A program made the translations under genes and the position numbers. The notes below the pieces were generated by a model, which saw nothing but the letters and a program-made list of their open reading frames with translations, was not told the origin of the DNA and searched no databases. This document shows positions 28,196 to 40,365 of a stretch of 64,000 nucleotides of DNA, piece after piece. This stretch comes from Zygnema circumcarinatum SAG 698-1b. Lineage: Eukaryota > Plantae > Zygnematophyceae. Location: assembly GCA_037447605.1 (NCBI GenBank), contig CM074814.1:2666001-2730000 (forward strand). The letters are read 5' to 3'. The stretch's first letter is position 1, and the number at the start of each line of letters is the position of its first letter.

Positions 28196-30347
28196 CTACA
28201 ATCCTCCAATCTCCATTCCACTTGAGTGGAGAGAGAAGGTGAAAGAAAACATGCGAGACAGAGAGGGAGAGAGAGGGAGAGCGAGACTCTTGATAGTCGC
28301 CTCTCCGCACTAAGCCCTCCTTTTCCTCAACCTTCCTTTCTACTCCCCCTCCCCTCCTGACTCCCTCCCCCTCCCCCCTCCTCGCCTTCTCCTCTTCCTC
28401 GACCTCAACCCCTCCCCTCCTCTTCCTCCTACTCCTCCCCCTCCCTACTCTGCCTCCTCTCCTTAAAACCTAATCCTCCTCCGCCTCTTCCCCACTCCCC
28501 CTCCCTTCCCTCCTCTCCCTCTCCCTCTCCTCCCCCCTCTCCTCCCACCTCTCCCTCTCCCTCTCCCTCTCCCTCACCTTGAGCAGCCTGGCATCCGCCT
28601 GAATGAGAAACACGGGCAGTATGTGCCTCCCATTCCTCCCCGTTGCCTGATACTTCCTAACCGCCCCCTCCAGCTTCTGCACATACGCCCACATTCCGTG
28701 ACTAACCGCCATTTTGGCTAACTTCCGGGACAGCCCTGACTCCTCCATATGGAAGTTGACTATCTCACAGGCGCTGCTACTCTCGCTCCCTCTCCTTCCC
28801 TCCACGCTTCGAATTCTCCAACTTGACGAAAACAAACTGACTCTCCATGGGTTGCTCCTTTTTGGGGCCGCTCCATGTGTGGTCAGTTTCGAAATGCAAT
28901 GGAACGTCCGTGGCATTAGGGCCCAAATTCTCCGGCCCACCACGTACTCTCTGTCTCTTAAAAAAAGAGGAAATTTTCGAACCCATTGCGCCACCTGGCA
29001 CCCATTTTCGTTCCAATCTTCGAGGGTTTTGGAAGACAGCCGCGCCTCGTCCCACTCGGCCCTGAACCCATCGTCTAAAAAGAAATCTCGGGCAGTTTCT
29101 GGGTCACAATTTTCGATCACCATGCGGCTTCGGTATTCAGTGGGGCCGTTTTTTTCAAAGGAATCTTGCGACCAGGCGGCGTAGGAAAAACTTTCGGTTG
29201 CCCGGTCCATGTTCGGCCGGAAGCCCTCATCCAACCAGGAGGCTTCCCCGCCCTCCAGCCCGCGGAGAAAAATTTCGAGCTCCGCCTCCGTCACGTCACG
29301 CCCAAACCCTTCGTTTTCCTTGTCGCTGTAACTGGAACTGGAACTGAAACTGTCATCCTCCTCCCGTTCTATGTCCCGCCCCCGCCCCCCAGCTCCCCCC
29401 CCCTTCAACGTTAAGGGTTTTAAGGTCAGCCATGCCCTCCGAGGTTTCAGAAACTCCTCCCTCTCAAGGGTGAGCTCCGAGTCGGTGGTCCCCACAGAGA
29501 GATCGTCAGATTCGGAATATGCTGACGTGTCGGTCTGAGAGCCGTTGGATCCGTCCAGAGAATCCAGGAGCGAATCTTGACTTTCCCGCCGGCGAATGGC
29601 GAGCAGCCGCGCGTGCCGGCGGAGGTTTTCGAGGATGCCCTCTGCGTGGAGGCGGAGGAGGAAGTCGTCGAGCTGGGGGTCGGAGGTTTCGGGGGGGAGG
29701 GAGGGAGGGAGAGGGAGAGGGAGAGGGAGAGGGAGAGGGAGAGGGAGAGAGAGAGAGGGGGGAGGGAGAGGAGGGGGGAAAGGGCGGGGCATGGCGAGAG
29801 AAAGGGAAATGGAGAGGGGGGGGGAGGGAGAGGGGGGGAGGGGGGTGAGGAGAGGAGAAGGGGGGAAGGGAGAGGGGAAGGGGAGGGAGATGGGGGGGGG
29901 AGAAAGAGGGGAAAGAGGGAGAGAGGAGGGGGGGGGGGAGGGGAGGAGAAGGGGGGGAAAGGGGGGGGGAGAGGGGGAGGGGAGTGGGAGCGAGAGGTAA
30001 AGGAGGGAAAACGGGGGGAGACTGGGGGGAGGGGAGGAGTCGGAGGTGAGAGAAAGATAAGGGAGAGAAGGAGAACAAGGGGAGGAGGAGGAGGAGGGAG
30101 GCCGATCAGCCTGCGGAAATAAAGAAAGAAAGGATGGGGAGGGAGGGAGAGAGGGAGGGCGAGCGGAGCAAGAAAGAGTACGGATCGGTGAAAATAAAGG
30201 AAAGAGGTGAGGGGAGCGACACGGAGAGTGCGCGAGAGAGGGAGCGAGAGAGAGGGAGAGGAGAGGGAGCGAGAGAGAGGGAGAGGAGAGGGAGGAGGGA
30301 GAGGGAGAGGGAGGTGTAGAGAGCCCTTCCCAAAGCGATGGCAGCAA
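28196..30347 (-). CDS. START/SRPBCC lipid-binding domain protein (plant At4g14500-like family)
   Basis: Uninterrupted reading VTEAELEIFL..YRSRMVIENCDPETARDFFLDDGFRAEWD..WVRKFPLFLRDREYVVGRRIW..SSSWRIRSVE..GMWAYVQKL. Donor after ARLLK near 28578 and a short terminal exon near 28310-28196. The N-terminal structure is unresolved because of CT-rich sequence. Confidence 0.85.
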
Positions 30348-30848
30348 TCGAGAACTGACAGCAACGGGCCGCAGTCTGCGGGTTCAACCTGCCCCACTTT
30401 TACGGGCATCCCAAAAAAACGACTTCCGGGCAGCGTTGAAAATGGTTCAAAAACAAAGCCAAGGGTTAACGTTTCTCCCCCCACCAATCACAGTGGAGCC
30501 AAAACAGACAGAAGTTGAACCTCGATCCTAGTGGATCCCAAATCGTCGAAATTCACTATGGCGCATCCCCAAATACCACGTGGTAGAACACGATCGAAAT
30601 GGTGGAATTGAAAGTTAAAAGTTGTGGACCTGCTTTTCATTGTAAAAATGGAATCTAGTCAAGGGAGTTGATCCGGTCAGCCCGCTTAGGATCCACTGCG
30701 CCAGATGTCCCGCAAAACGCGGTGGGTGGTGACACGTGCCGCAAAATTATTGAGAGATGACCACTGGGCGGCAGCGCGTGGCGGTTTTTAAAAAATCGGA
30801 GTTGTAAACTTATGTTTATATTTATTTATATCAGCCTCCCAGACAACT

Positions 30849-30920
30849 GGTTCCGTGATCTAGCGGTTATGATGTCAGACTCTGAATCTGAATGCCCGAG
30901 TTCAATTCTCGGCGGGACCT
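30849..30920 (+). tRNA. tRNA-Gln(CTG)
   Basis: Acceptor stem GGTTCCG/CGGGACC, anticodon arm TCAGA-CTCTGAA-TCTGA, T arm CCGAG-TTCAATT-CTCGG, followed by a T4 Pol III terminator. Confidence 0.95.
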
Positions 30921-30984
30921 TTTGGTGGCTTTATAAAACAAAGTAACGACAAATTAAGTGCAGACTCACAAGTGAATGGTGGAC

Positions 30985-31090
30985 TCAACCAACCGTTGGC
31001 AGTGGTTGGGTGCAATGGTTGGTCACCCAATGGTTCACGTGTTACCTACCATCATGGAGTGCCAATGGTTGGTTGGTTGGTTGGTTGGCC
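30985..31090. repeat. CCAATGGTTGG-type motif array with (TTGG)n
   Basis: Several CAATGGTT copies and a GGTT tetramer run. The same motif family occurs at 42597-42786. Confidence 0.6.
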
Positions 31091-31480
31091 TTTGTTTGGA
31101 ACGCTTCGACTTGCTCTGGCGCACACGCTGTTTTAGTACAGTGCATATTTTGCATTATTTCATTCTTCCATGCAGACTTGACTTTTCTTCTCCTGCTTAT
31201 CTGCACTTTGATCATTTGCATGCCATCAAGGTCTCCTTGGAGCGCGACAAAAAGGCTTCATGCTTCACGCAACTTTCTTCATCCAGCATCAGGGTTTAAG
31301 GCTTTCAGGGTTTTGAGTGATGTTGAGGTTTCAAAGTCTTTTAAGCTTTTTTGAAAAGTGGCTTGTATGGCTTTTAAGTATTTGAAAGGTGGCCTTCACA
31401 TAAGCCTCAAGTTGGCCAGTCATGAAAACATGAATATGTACAACATGTTGTTCACAGTCGCGATGAAGCGGAGGGAGGAG

Positions 31481-34400
31481 TCAGCCCCTGGAAGTCAGCT
31501 TGAAGACGTGCTTCTTCAAGTATTTGAGCTCTGCAATCGACTCCTTGATGTCCTCCAACGCTCGATGGGACTCTGCTTTCTTGGGCATTCCTCGTGCTTC
31601 TGCGGAGAGTAATAAGGGCAAGGAAATAGTCGTCGTTTGAGAGGGAGGGGGAGGGAGAGGGGAAGGGGGAGGGGGAGGCAGTGGGGGGAGGGGGAGGGGG
31701 AAGCAGTGGGGGAAGAGGGAGGGGAAGAAGAAGAGGGAGAGAAAGAGGCGGGAAAAGAAAGGAATAGAGGAAGGACGAGCAGGAGAGAGGGAGCAGGACG
31801 AGGAGAGGGAGAAGGTGGGGGGAGAGAGAGGGAGAGAGAGTAGGAAAGGGGAAGTGGGAGAGAGGGAGGAAGAGGGCAAGGGGAAGTGGGAGAGAGGGAG
31901 GAAGAGGGCAAGGGGAAGTGGGAGAGAGGGAGGAAGAGGGCAAGGGAGGAGAGAAGGAGGACGAGGGAAAGGGGGAGGGTTAGGGTGAGTACGAGGAACG
32001 GGGGAAAGGAGAGGTAGAGAGAGGGAGAGGAACAGTAAGGTGAGGGATAGAAGGACGAGGCCGAGCAGGAGAGAGAGAGCAAGGATTTGAAAGGACGTGG
32101 GGTGGCGAGGGGGAAAAGGAGAGGGAGTGGGACAAGGGGAGGAGGTAGATAGACGGAAAGCGGACGGCGGAAGGAGAGGGGGAGATAGTGTGAGGTAGAG
32201 GAGGAGATTGAGGATAAGGTGAGAGGGAGAAGGAGAGAGAAGCGAGGGAGAGAGAGAGAGAGAGGGAACGGAATGCGAATGTGAGAGTAGAGTCATTCTC
32301 CCTGCACCATACACAGGACACTACCTTCCCTCTTTCCCTTCCGTTATCTATCAATACTGGAAGGGTTTCTGAAGTCCTATGCAGAGAATTTGACTCACGC
32401 CGCGGAAACCATCTCTGGCAGAGCGCCCGAATGCTGCTCACATCCACCAACACGTGCGTGAATCTCATGGCCAGAGTTGGCATGTGCTTCTGAAAAAGTT
32501 TGAAACAAAAGGCATACATATTAATTCGATAATTTAAAAAAGAAAAAAAGCAAAAATGGGTCCATGAAATGTATTGACTGCATGCAGGTGAATGCTCATA
32601 TCGTACAAGCATGGCTCTGGTTATAAATCAATGTTTCTCTATGTTTATACGTAGAACTATGAAAATTACGAAGAAGAAGAGAGTTTGGTCGAGTACCTTT
32701 AGGAACAGCAAATCAACATAAACTGAATTTCCGGCAAGCTGCAACTGATCGGACCCCAAATGTTCATCCAGAAATTCTGACACCTGTTGCTCCACCCCAT
32801 TTATACCCAAAGGTGAGCGCCCAAACTGGAGGCTCCCACAGACATGGAAAATACTCACCAAACTAAGAAACAGAGTTCATAAAAGTTGAGATTACGAGAC
32901 TCAATTGCGAATCCTCTCCCCCCCCCCTCCCCCTTCTCTTTTTCATTCTGCCAAACCAGAAGGAATACCTCAGACCCCACCTGCTTCTCGGCTGCTACCA
33001 AAGTGATGGAGCTTCGTCTCACTCTCTCCACCAGACCTGCACATCCTTGCGATAACATACCAAATTATTATACGATGTTTAACATGAAAGGTCAAATATA
33101 TTCTCCCGATACATTCTGTGCAAATGCAGGTGCATGCTTGGATACATAGAGCAATAGAGCTAAAACCCCTAAAAACCCTAAAAACTCTAAAAACCCTAAA
33201 AACCCTTAAAATTCTAAAATTATGTCCACGTGTATGCATATGCATCTGCACATACATGGACACACATGGCGCCTCTCCACATCTCTCTCCATTACATCTT
33301 GCAATGAATACACACACAGAAAAGAAGCTTGAAGGCTTTAAATGCTGCAGGATCTGAGAGATTCAGGGGGTGTAGAGTTCCAGAAATTTGAGGTTTTAGA
33401 GTTCCAAGTAGTTTAATGTTCTTTAAGTTTTAGAAAGAAAGAGAAAGGGGGGGAGAGAGAGAGTGTATACCGCTCTGAGTGTGGTGCTCCTGGCACCACT
33501 CGTTCATGGCTGCCAGAGTCTCCTCCGGCTCATGGATGACATGGTTGGGCCCCTGCACGCTGCCCCTCTTCATTCATGCTGCGTGATTCTTTATTTGCAG
33601 TATCCCTTTTGTGCCTGTAGTTCATTCCATTCTTTTCCTGTTAAATGTTCAGCTTATAAGTAACTTATTCATTAACGCAAAGCATACATTGCATGCAGAC
33701 ATTTCCTCCTCCTGCAACGATGTACTGCAAAGATTCGGATTGAACGTTCCTGATACTGCTGCGAAGCAAGAAACCCTAAATAGAGCCCTAAACAGACCTT
33801 ATTGTCATGAAAAACAATGACCCTGCACATGCCTGCAAACCATAAAAGCCATCAATACATATCTAAGGCGCAAGCATATCAATCAATCAATTGATCAATT
33901 ACCGCCGTTGAACATCGCAGTTCACTGCCAGTCAGTATCTGCCTATAAATTTGTTATTCGAGAGCAGGAACGCGCTTACCTCAACAATCGTTTCAAGGTT
34001 TCCATCGGTGATGATGCACGCTATCTCGAGGATGCGATCTCTTTCAACATCCAAACCTGCTCACAAACATTCATTCATACATTCATACATGTTCAGATTA
34101 AACTGTTGAGCACTTCCTTTCAAGCACCATATCCTTTCACATTTTGCTGCTGTGCTTGGTTTCCTAAAAAATGAATGTTTAGTCTCTTTCAAAAAAAAAA
34201 AAAAACAAACAAACAAAGATGCTTCTATGAACACCTGAAAGCATATCTTGAAATCCAGATCCTTTCGGGTTTGTTCGGAAATTTATTTTCCGTTATTGAA
34301 ATGATATCTAGTGGGAAACTCAATACTTCACTTGAAATTATAAAATTTTATTATCCAACGACTCTTTTCCCTTCCAGCAATGCATGCATTGGATATCATC

Positions 34401-34774
34401 TTCAGTATCAATATCTCAATCCAAAAAGAGTAGATCTCACATTCCTGCTCCTGAGCCTCACCTGTCATTTCAAGATCGATCCAAACAAGTGGTCTCCACA
34501 TTTTCCGTACGAGTTTAACATCCAACTCTTGTATCTTGTCACCAAATTTATTTTCAGTATCATTCTCAACACCATTGTCAGCGTCTTTCTCTTTTGAAAT
34601 ACTATTATTATTTTTTTTATTATTATTGCCTTCTTTCTTTTTCAATGTAGTAGTATTATTCGACTTGTTTTTGTCTTTCTTTTTTGAATACTTGGCATCT
34701 GCTTGAGAGGAGGACTCGCCCCCTTCCTCATAAAGCCGCAGGACTTCAAACTTGTTCAGGAAGCTCTCCATCAT
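31481..34774 (-). CDS. ORN: Oligoribonuclease (Orn/REXO2, DEDDh exonuclease), 7 exons
   Basis: PLVWIDLEMTG|LDVERDRILEIACIITDGNL..|GPNHVIH..MNEWCQEHHTQSG|LVERVR..|LAGNSVYVDLLFLK|KHMPTL..VDVSSIRALCQRWFP|..HRALEDIKESIAELKYLKKHVF. All GT-AG junctions are phase-consistent. Confidence 0.95.
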
Positions 34775-35255
34775 CAGTTTCCAGTTTTCAGTCTCCAGTT
34801 TGTAGTTTCCAAATTCAAGTTTTCAGTTTGAAGTTCTCAATGTCAAAGCTTTCAGCTCCCAGTTTTCAGTCTCTAGTTTCCGGTTTCAAGTTTTCGAATC
34901 ACCAGTTTTTTCAGTTCTCAGTTTATCACTTTCCAGTTTTCAGCTTCAATGCTTCAGGCAGACCACAGAAATCAATTTTCAATTCTTTTTTTGTTTTTTT
35001 CTGAATACTAACAATTGTGGAACTGAAGAAGCTCAAAATTCTTCACAATCGCCTGAAGGAGGAATTAGGATTTCCAGCAATCCCAGAGATTTAGGGTTTC
35101 AGGCCTTTCGTTTTCTAGAATATTATTTATCAAGGTTCGAGCGAGGGTTCAGACTATCTTGGCTTTCAGTCAAAATCTTTCTCTAACTTTTTTTTTTTTC
35201 AAATTACAATTCTGTCCTGAAAAGGATGAAGGCGGCAATGCAAGGATTTGCTATT

Positions 35256-35463
35256 CCGTACGACGAATCCGTACACCCCGTACGTTTTTGCCGTACCGTA
35301 TAGTACCGTACCACGCGTTCGTACACTACCGTATGATACAGTCAGCAGTCCTCATATTTTCCACCCTGTACAGTGCGTCCCCAAGAAATTCGCCCCGATT
35401 TTGCCGAAACCACCTTTTTGTACGGTAACTCTGTGTTAACCGTACTACCCGTACGATTCGTAC
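35256..35463. promoter_or_regulatory. Dense GTAC (SBP/SPL-box core) array: 12 GTAC, 7 of them CCGTAC
   Basis: Counted directly in about 210 bp, upstream of the oligoribonuclease gene. A second cluster of 5 GTAC lies at about 36254-36412. Confidence 0.5.
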
Positions 35464-37679
35464 CCCTAAAACCTGAAACCCTAGAAACCCTGAAAAGTTT
35501 TCAGGGTTCTTCAAATAGGGGAGATCCCCTAAATATCGTAAATAGCTTATTTATGTAAGATTTTGAGATTAGTTTACGTGATTTCAACTTAAATACCACA
35601 CAAGCCTCAAAAAAGCATTTTTTTGGTTAAAAACAAAAAGGAAATGAATTGCATTTGCAACCACGATAGCAATGATGTATATGAACTTTACTTGTTGGTA
35701 TAACAACACGGCTTTAGAAACTGGTGCAACCTCTTCGACTCTTATAGATTGGTAAATTTTACCAATCAATTAGAACAACTGTGCATTTGGCAATCACAAC
35801 ATATAGTTGCTTATTCAAAAACCCAATTGCACGGAAACTTTGTAGATCCAATCCTAAGCTCTCTATTTCCTTTTCCATCCATCATTAATTACTCCAAGTA
35901 TCACTTTAGAATCCATCATAGTCTTGAAATTTCCTCACAAAAACTCTATTCCAAATCATAACCTTTGAAATTCTAGGTGTAGTCACAAAGGAAAAACTGA
36001 AATAGGAACTAAAATTAGAAATGAATGAAAAATGATCTCACTCCCTTAGGAGTTTTAGGCTGAACAAGACAGCTATAAAAGTGATGCAAACTACTCAAAG
36101 AGACCCTCGACGAGCGGTCAAACTATCAAACTGTTTGCAGTGAAGAATGCCTTCCAATGAAAAGTCTGTCAACCTCTTTCGAAACTCGTCTTTCTCCCAT
36201 CCAATTACTGAATTCAGACTCGATGGTAGCAGTGTTGGGAAATGATGAACGTCCGTACGTGCACGGTTTCGTTCGTACAGTCCATATTTATGTGTTTTTA
36301 CAAAACCAAGTTAGGGGACAGTCCCCTATCTTAAGCCGAAATCCCCTATTTGAAGAGGCCTGCTGTTGACTGTAGTTTCATACACAGTACAAAAATGTAC
36401 AGATTGTACGGATTTTTCTTTTACGACTGACATTTTGTAATGGTAGCAACTGGAACGTTCTCATATCCCAAACGCTGCGCTTTCTTCACGCTGGCCGCTC
36501 CGCCGGGCAGGTAATTTGAAATGTCTAAAATTATTTCCCATGTTAGACCTTTCGAAGAATTCCTCAGATGTCAATTTCATTTCTTTACAGATATTATTTT
36601 GAAGGTCAAAATTCCCCATAGGAAAACATATATACAAACATAATCACCAAAGCAAATTTTTGACATAGAACTGCTGAGAATTTCTCTTATTCCTTTCCAT
36701 TTTTGAAACACTCTTTCATGCACAGCACACCACTTGAGTTCACATGCTTTCTCTCCCTCTCTCCCTCTCTCCCACCTCACACCCTCTCTCTTCCTCCCTC
36801 CCCTCTCCCTGTCTACCTTCAACGACTCTCCTTTCGCCTATTCATACAGAGGTTATAGTGAAAGTGAACACGAGGGAGGGCATCACTCCCTCACCCACTC
36901 CCACCCCTCTTCTCCCACACACACACTTCCCTCGCTCACTCTCTCTCACACTCTCTTCCTCTCTCTCTCACTCTAGTAGGCCCATAAAAGGAGCCCCCAA
37001 CAAAACCGCGCATGGCATTGCCGTCACACCAATGTCCTCCACCCTCTCCCTCTCCCTCTCCTCCCTCGCTCCTCGACCGCCGGAGAGGGACTGCAGCTGA
37101 GCTCCAGCCACGAGACATCCTCTCCCAGCAACACATGCTTTTATTTATATGCAGATGCACATCCCCCTGATCTACCACCCTCCCTCCCTCTCTCTCTCCC
37201 TCCCTCCCTCCCCTCGCTCTACACCTTCTCACTACATGCCGCTAAGCCTACATCCATAAAGATACAAGCGAGTAGCTTTTCTTTTTGCTGCCCGACGGAT
37301 GAGCCTTCCCCTGTATTGAGCTGTACAGTGCTGTTGTTGTAACACACAAAGGGAGAAGGCAGTTTCGTAGAGGAGAAAAAACGGGGCGCCCATAGGAACC
37401 CTAATTTTCAGAGCTTCAAATTTTCGATACCTCTCCCCTGCACGCGAGCAACGCCGGGCGGCAAAACTGCAGCTCCAAGAGACGGAACGTTTGCACCGTT
37501 CCGTTCGCCCCTACTGAATCTCACACATGTGCCCCCTTGCTTGGGGCAAGCAAAAAACGGGAGCACACCAAAACCCCCCCTTCTCCTCTCCCTCTTTCTC
37601 TCCACCGCTCAGACCCACCCCACCCCACCCCACACCCTAACCCACCCACCCACCCCACCCACCCACCCGCCAATTTCCC

Positions 37680-38515
37680 TCAGTTCAAGGCCCCACAATT
37701 CAGGTTGCACATCCCGTTCCCATTGCCAGCCCCAGCCCCAGCCCCAGCCCCATTCCCGTTCCCGTTCCCGTTCCCGTTCCCGTTCCCGTTTCCGTTTCCG
37801 TTGAGCATGGAAGCGCTGTTGAGCGAGCGGTCCTTGAGGCGGCGCATGAGGATGAGGTGCGGGGCGGTCCCGTGGCCGCGCTGGCAGACGAGGCAGTAGT
37901 GGCTGTTCTCGTTCGGGCAGGGCCGCCGCCCGCGCCCGAAGTGGCAGAAGCCGCTTTGGAAGAACTGGCGGCACCCGGCGTAGTCCTCGGGGGCGTCCAG
38001 GAGGGATGCATCTGGACCGGATATGCCGCGCCGGGACTCGGCCTTCAGCTCCACCTGGAGGGCGCGGATGGTGTAGTCTTCCAGCTGCGGGAGGGAGGGA
38101 GGGAGGGAGGGAGTGTTACGACGGAGGAGGGAGATGGAGGAGGGGGACGAGGGAGGTGAGGGAGGGGGACGAGGGAGGTGAGGGAGGGGGATGAGGGAGT
38201 CGAGGGAGGGGGAGGGAGGAAGGGAGGGAGGGAGAGGGTGTTAGGACGGAGGAGGGAGATGAGGGAGGGGGACGAAGGAGGTGAGGGAGGGGGAGGGAGG
38301 AAGGGAGGGTGGGAGAGGGTGTTAGGACGGAGGAGGGAGATGCGGGAGGGAGAGGAGGGAGGGAGTGTTTGTTAGGATGGGGAAGGAGGAGAGAGGGAGA
38401 GGGGAGGGGAGGGGAGGGAGGGAGATTGCAGCCAGATCTCGCAACTCCCTCTCTCAAGATTCCCCATTCTCGTCCACATTCGAATTCCGCCCCCCAAAAT
38501 AGTGACCTCAACAAT
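37680..38515 (-). CDS. 3' exon(s) of an uncharacterised protein with a Cys/His zinc-finger-like cluster and NG/AG-repeat tail
   Basis: GC-rich open exon 38084-37680 behind a CAG acceptor: LEDYTIRALQVELKAE..CRQFFQSGFCHFGRGRRPCPNENSHYCLVCQRGH. A candidate upstream exon lies at 38515-38446. The 5' part is unresolved because of a gap near 38660. Confidence 0.6.
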
Positions 38516-39418
38516 CTGAAGCGAATAGGAATGACTACAAACATCGCACGACATAAGATCACACCACCTTACATCCGATCGCATCACACTGCCTCAAAGC
38601 ACATGACATCACGTCACGTCTTCTCACATACCCCTCCCCCCCTCCCCCTCCTTCCNNNNNNNNNNGGGTGAGGGAGAGGGAGAGGGAGGGGAGGGGGAGG
38701 GGGAGGGGAGAGGATGGGGAGGGGGAGGGAGGGATTGGTGGGATGAGAGAGGTGGGGGTGAGGGAGAGGGAGAGGGTGGGGAGGGGGAGGGAGGGAGGAA
38801 GGGAGAGAGGAGATGAGCGCAAAGGAACGGAAAAGAGAGGGACGAATGAGAGACGGGACAAGAGAGGATAGGAGACGGGATGAGAGAGTGGGAGTGTGGG
38901 AGAGTGGGGGAGAATGAGAGCGAAGATGATGACGGAGTTGCGAGAGTTGATGAGAGAGGCGATTGATCAGTGAAAGAGTGACGATGGGAGTGCATAGGAG
39001 AAGCACCGGTGGGAGATTGAAGGGTGCTTTCAAAGTGTGGAGCAAAGGCTATGACTTTATAGAAAAGTAGAGCCAATGGACGAACGTAGTGAGGGAAGAA
39101 GGAGACCAATACTACCAGTCTTTAGGGTAGTGCATAGTATAGTGTTTGTGTGCAACAGAGAAAGACAGAGAGGGAGAGAAAGAGAGAAAGAGGAGACTGG
39201 TGAATTGTAAATGATGAGTGACTAGCATACAATATATATAGTACACAGCACTACAATACTATGAGGAGCTTCCAAATCTGTGCACCGACTAACTATCTGT
39301 ATGCCGCATTTGTTCGTTTGAGCATAGAACGGTATTATGTGACAGCTGTCCCAAGAATTAGTTGCGCAGATCCCTGCATTGCATAGAAAGGCCTGAAAAG
39401 GATAGCTGGACTTTTCAC

Positions 39419-39828
39419 TTATTGGAACTCATAATTTTCATGGAGAGAGCGGATGACATCGCTACGGCTATGGTAGATGCTTGCAGACATGGATCTGATG
39501 ACGGGAGGGAAGAAGAGAGAGAAGGCGAGAGACTGAAAGAGGGAGATTGGTGAAATTCCTAAGCGAGAACTTGCTCTCTTCCTCTCACGCCCCTCTGAGC
39601 CCCCCTCTCTCCCCAGACCCTGGCGATCACTGACCTCTGAGTTAGAGAGAGTTACAGAGAGCCAGAGAAAGACAAATAGAGAGCCAAGTGTCAATCAGGG
39701 ACAGACAGGGATAAATGCAAAAAGAGAGGCTGAAAGCGAGAGGGAAATTTAGAGATAGAGAGAGGGAGAAAAAGAGGAAGTGTGAAAGACAGAGGCAGAC
39801 CGAAACACTCGCCCAAAGGGAGAGAGGG

Positions 39829-39891
<63 letters not shown>

Positions 39892-40365
39892 AAGAACGCT
39901 CTCCCACCTAAGCCTGGCGATCTCCGCCAGCCCCTCCCCCTGCGCCCTCCTCCCGCGCAGGACCTCCGCCCGCAGGAAGGCCCCCTCCGCCGCGGACTCC
40001 TCCGCCGCCCTCCGCAGCCGCGCCCCCTCCGCCGCCTGCACGGCCGCCGCCATGCGCAGAGCGCGGACCTCCGAGCGCAGGCGGGAGGCCTCGGAGAGGG
40101 GAGGAGGGAGGGAGGAGGGAGGGGAGGAGGGGGAAGAAGAGGGCCGGGAGGAAAGGGAGAGGTGGGAGAGGGAAAGGTGAGAGGGGAGGTGAGGGAGGAG
40201 GGGGGAGGGGGAGGGAGAGGGGGAGGGTTTGAGTGGGGAGTGGGAGGGGGGAGAGAGAGAGAGGCCTTGCTGGTGCTGGAGTGGGGAGGCAGAGGGGAGG
40301 TCGTGAAGCCATGGATCTTCCAAGAGATCCTTTTTGCTGGCGAGGCCGCCGTCGCGAGGGGGCAT
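39419..40365 (-). CDS. Uncharacterised Ala/Arg/Glu-rich coiled-coil protein (exon 40365-39908 plus exon 39494-39419, or spliced on to the 38515/38084 exons)
   Basis: ATG at 40365 downstream of a telo-box. GC-rich helical segment SEASRLRSEVRALRMAAAVQAAEGARLRRAAEE..LAEIARLR. A phase-2 donor at 39907 is compatible with two downstream acceptors. Confidence 0.55.
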
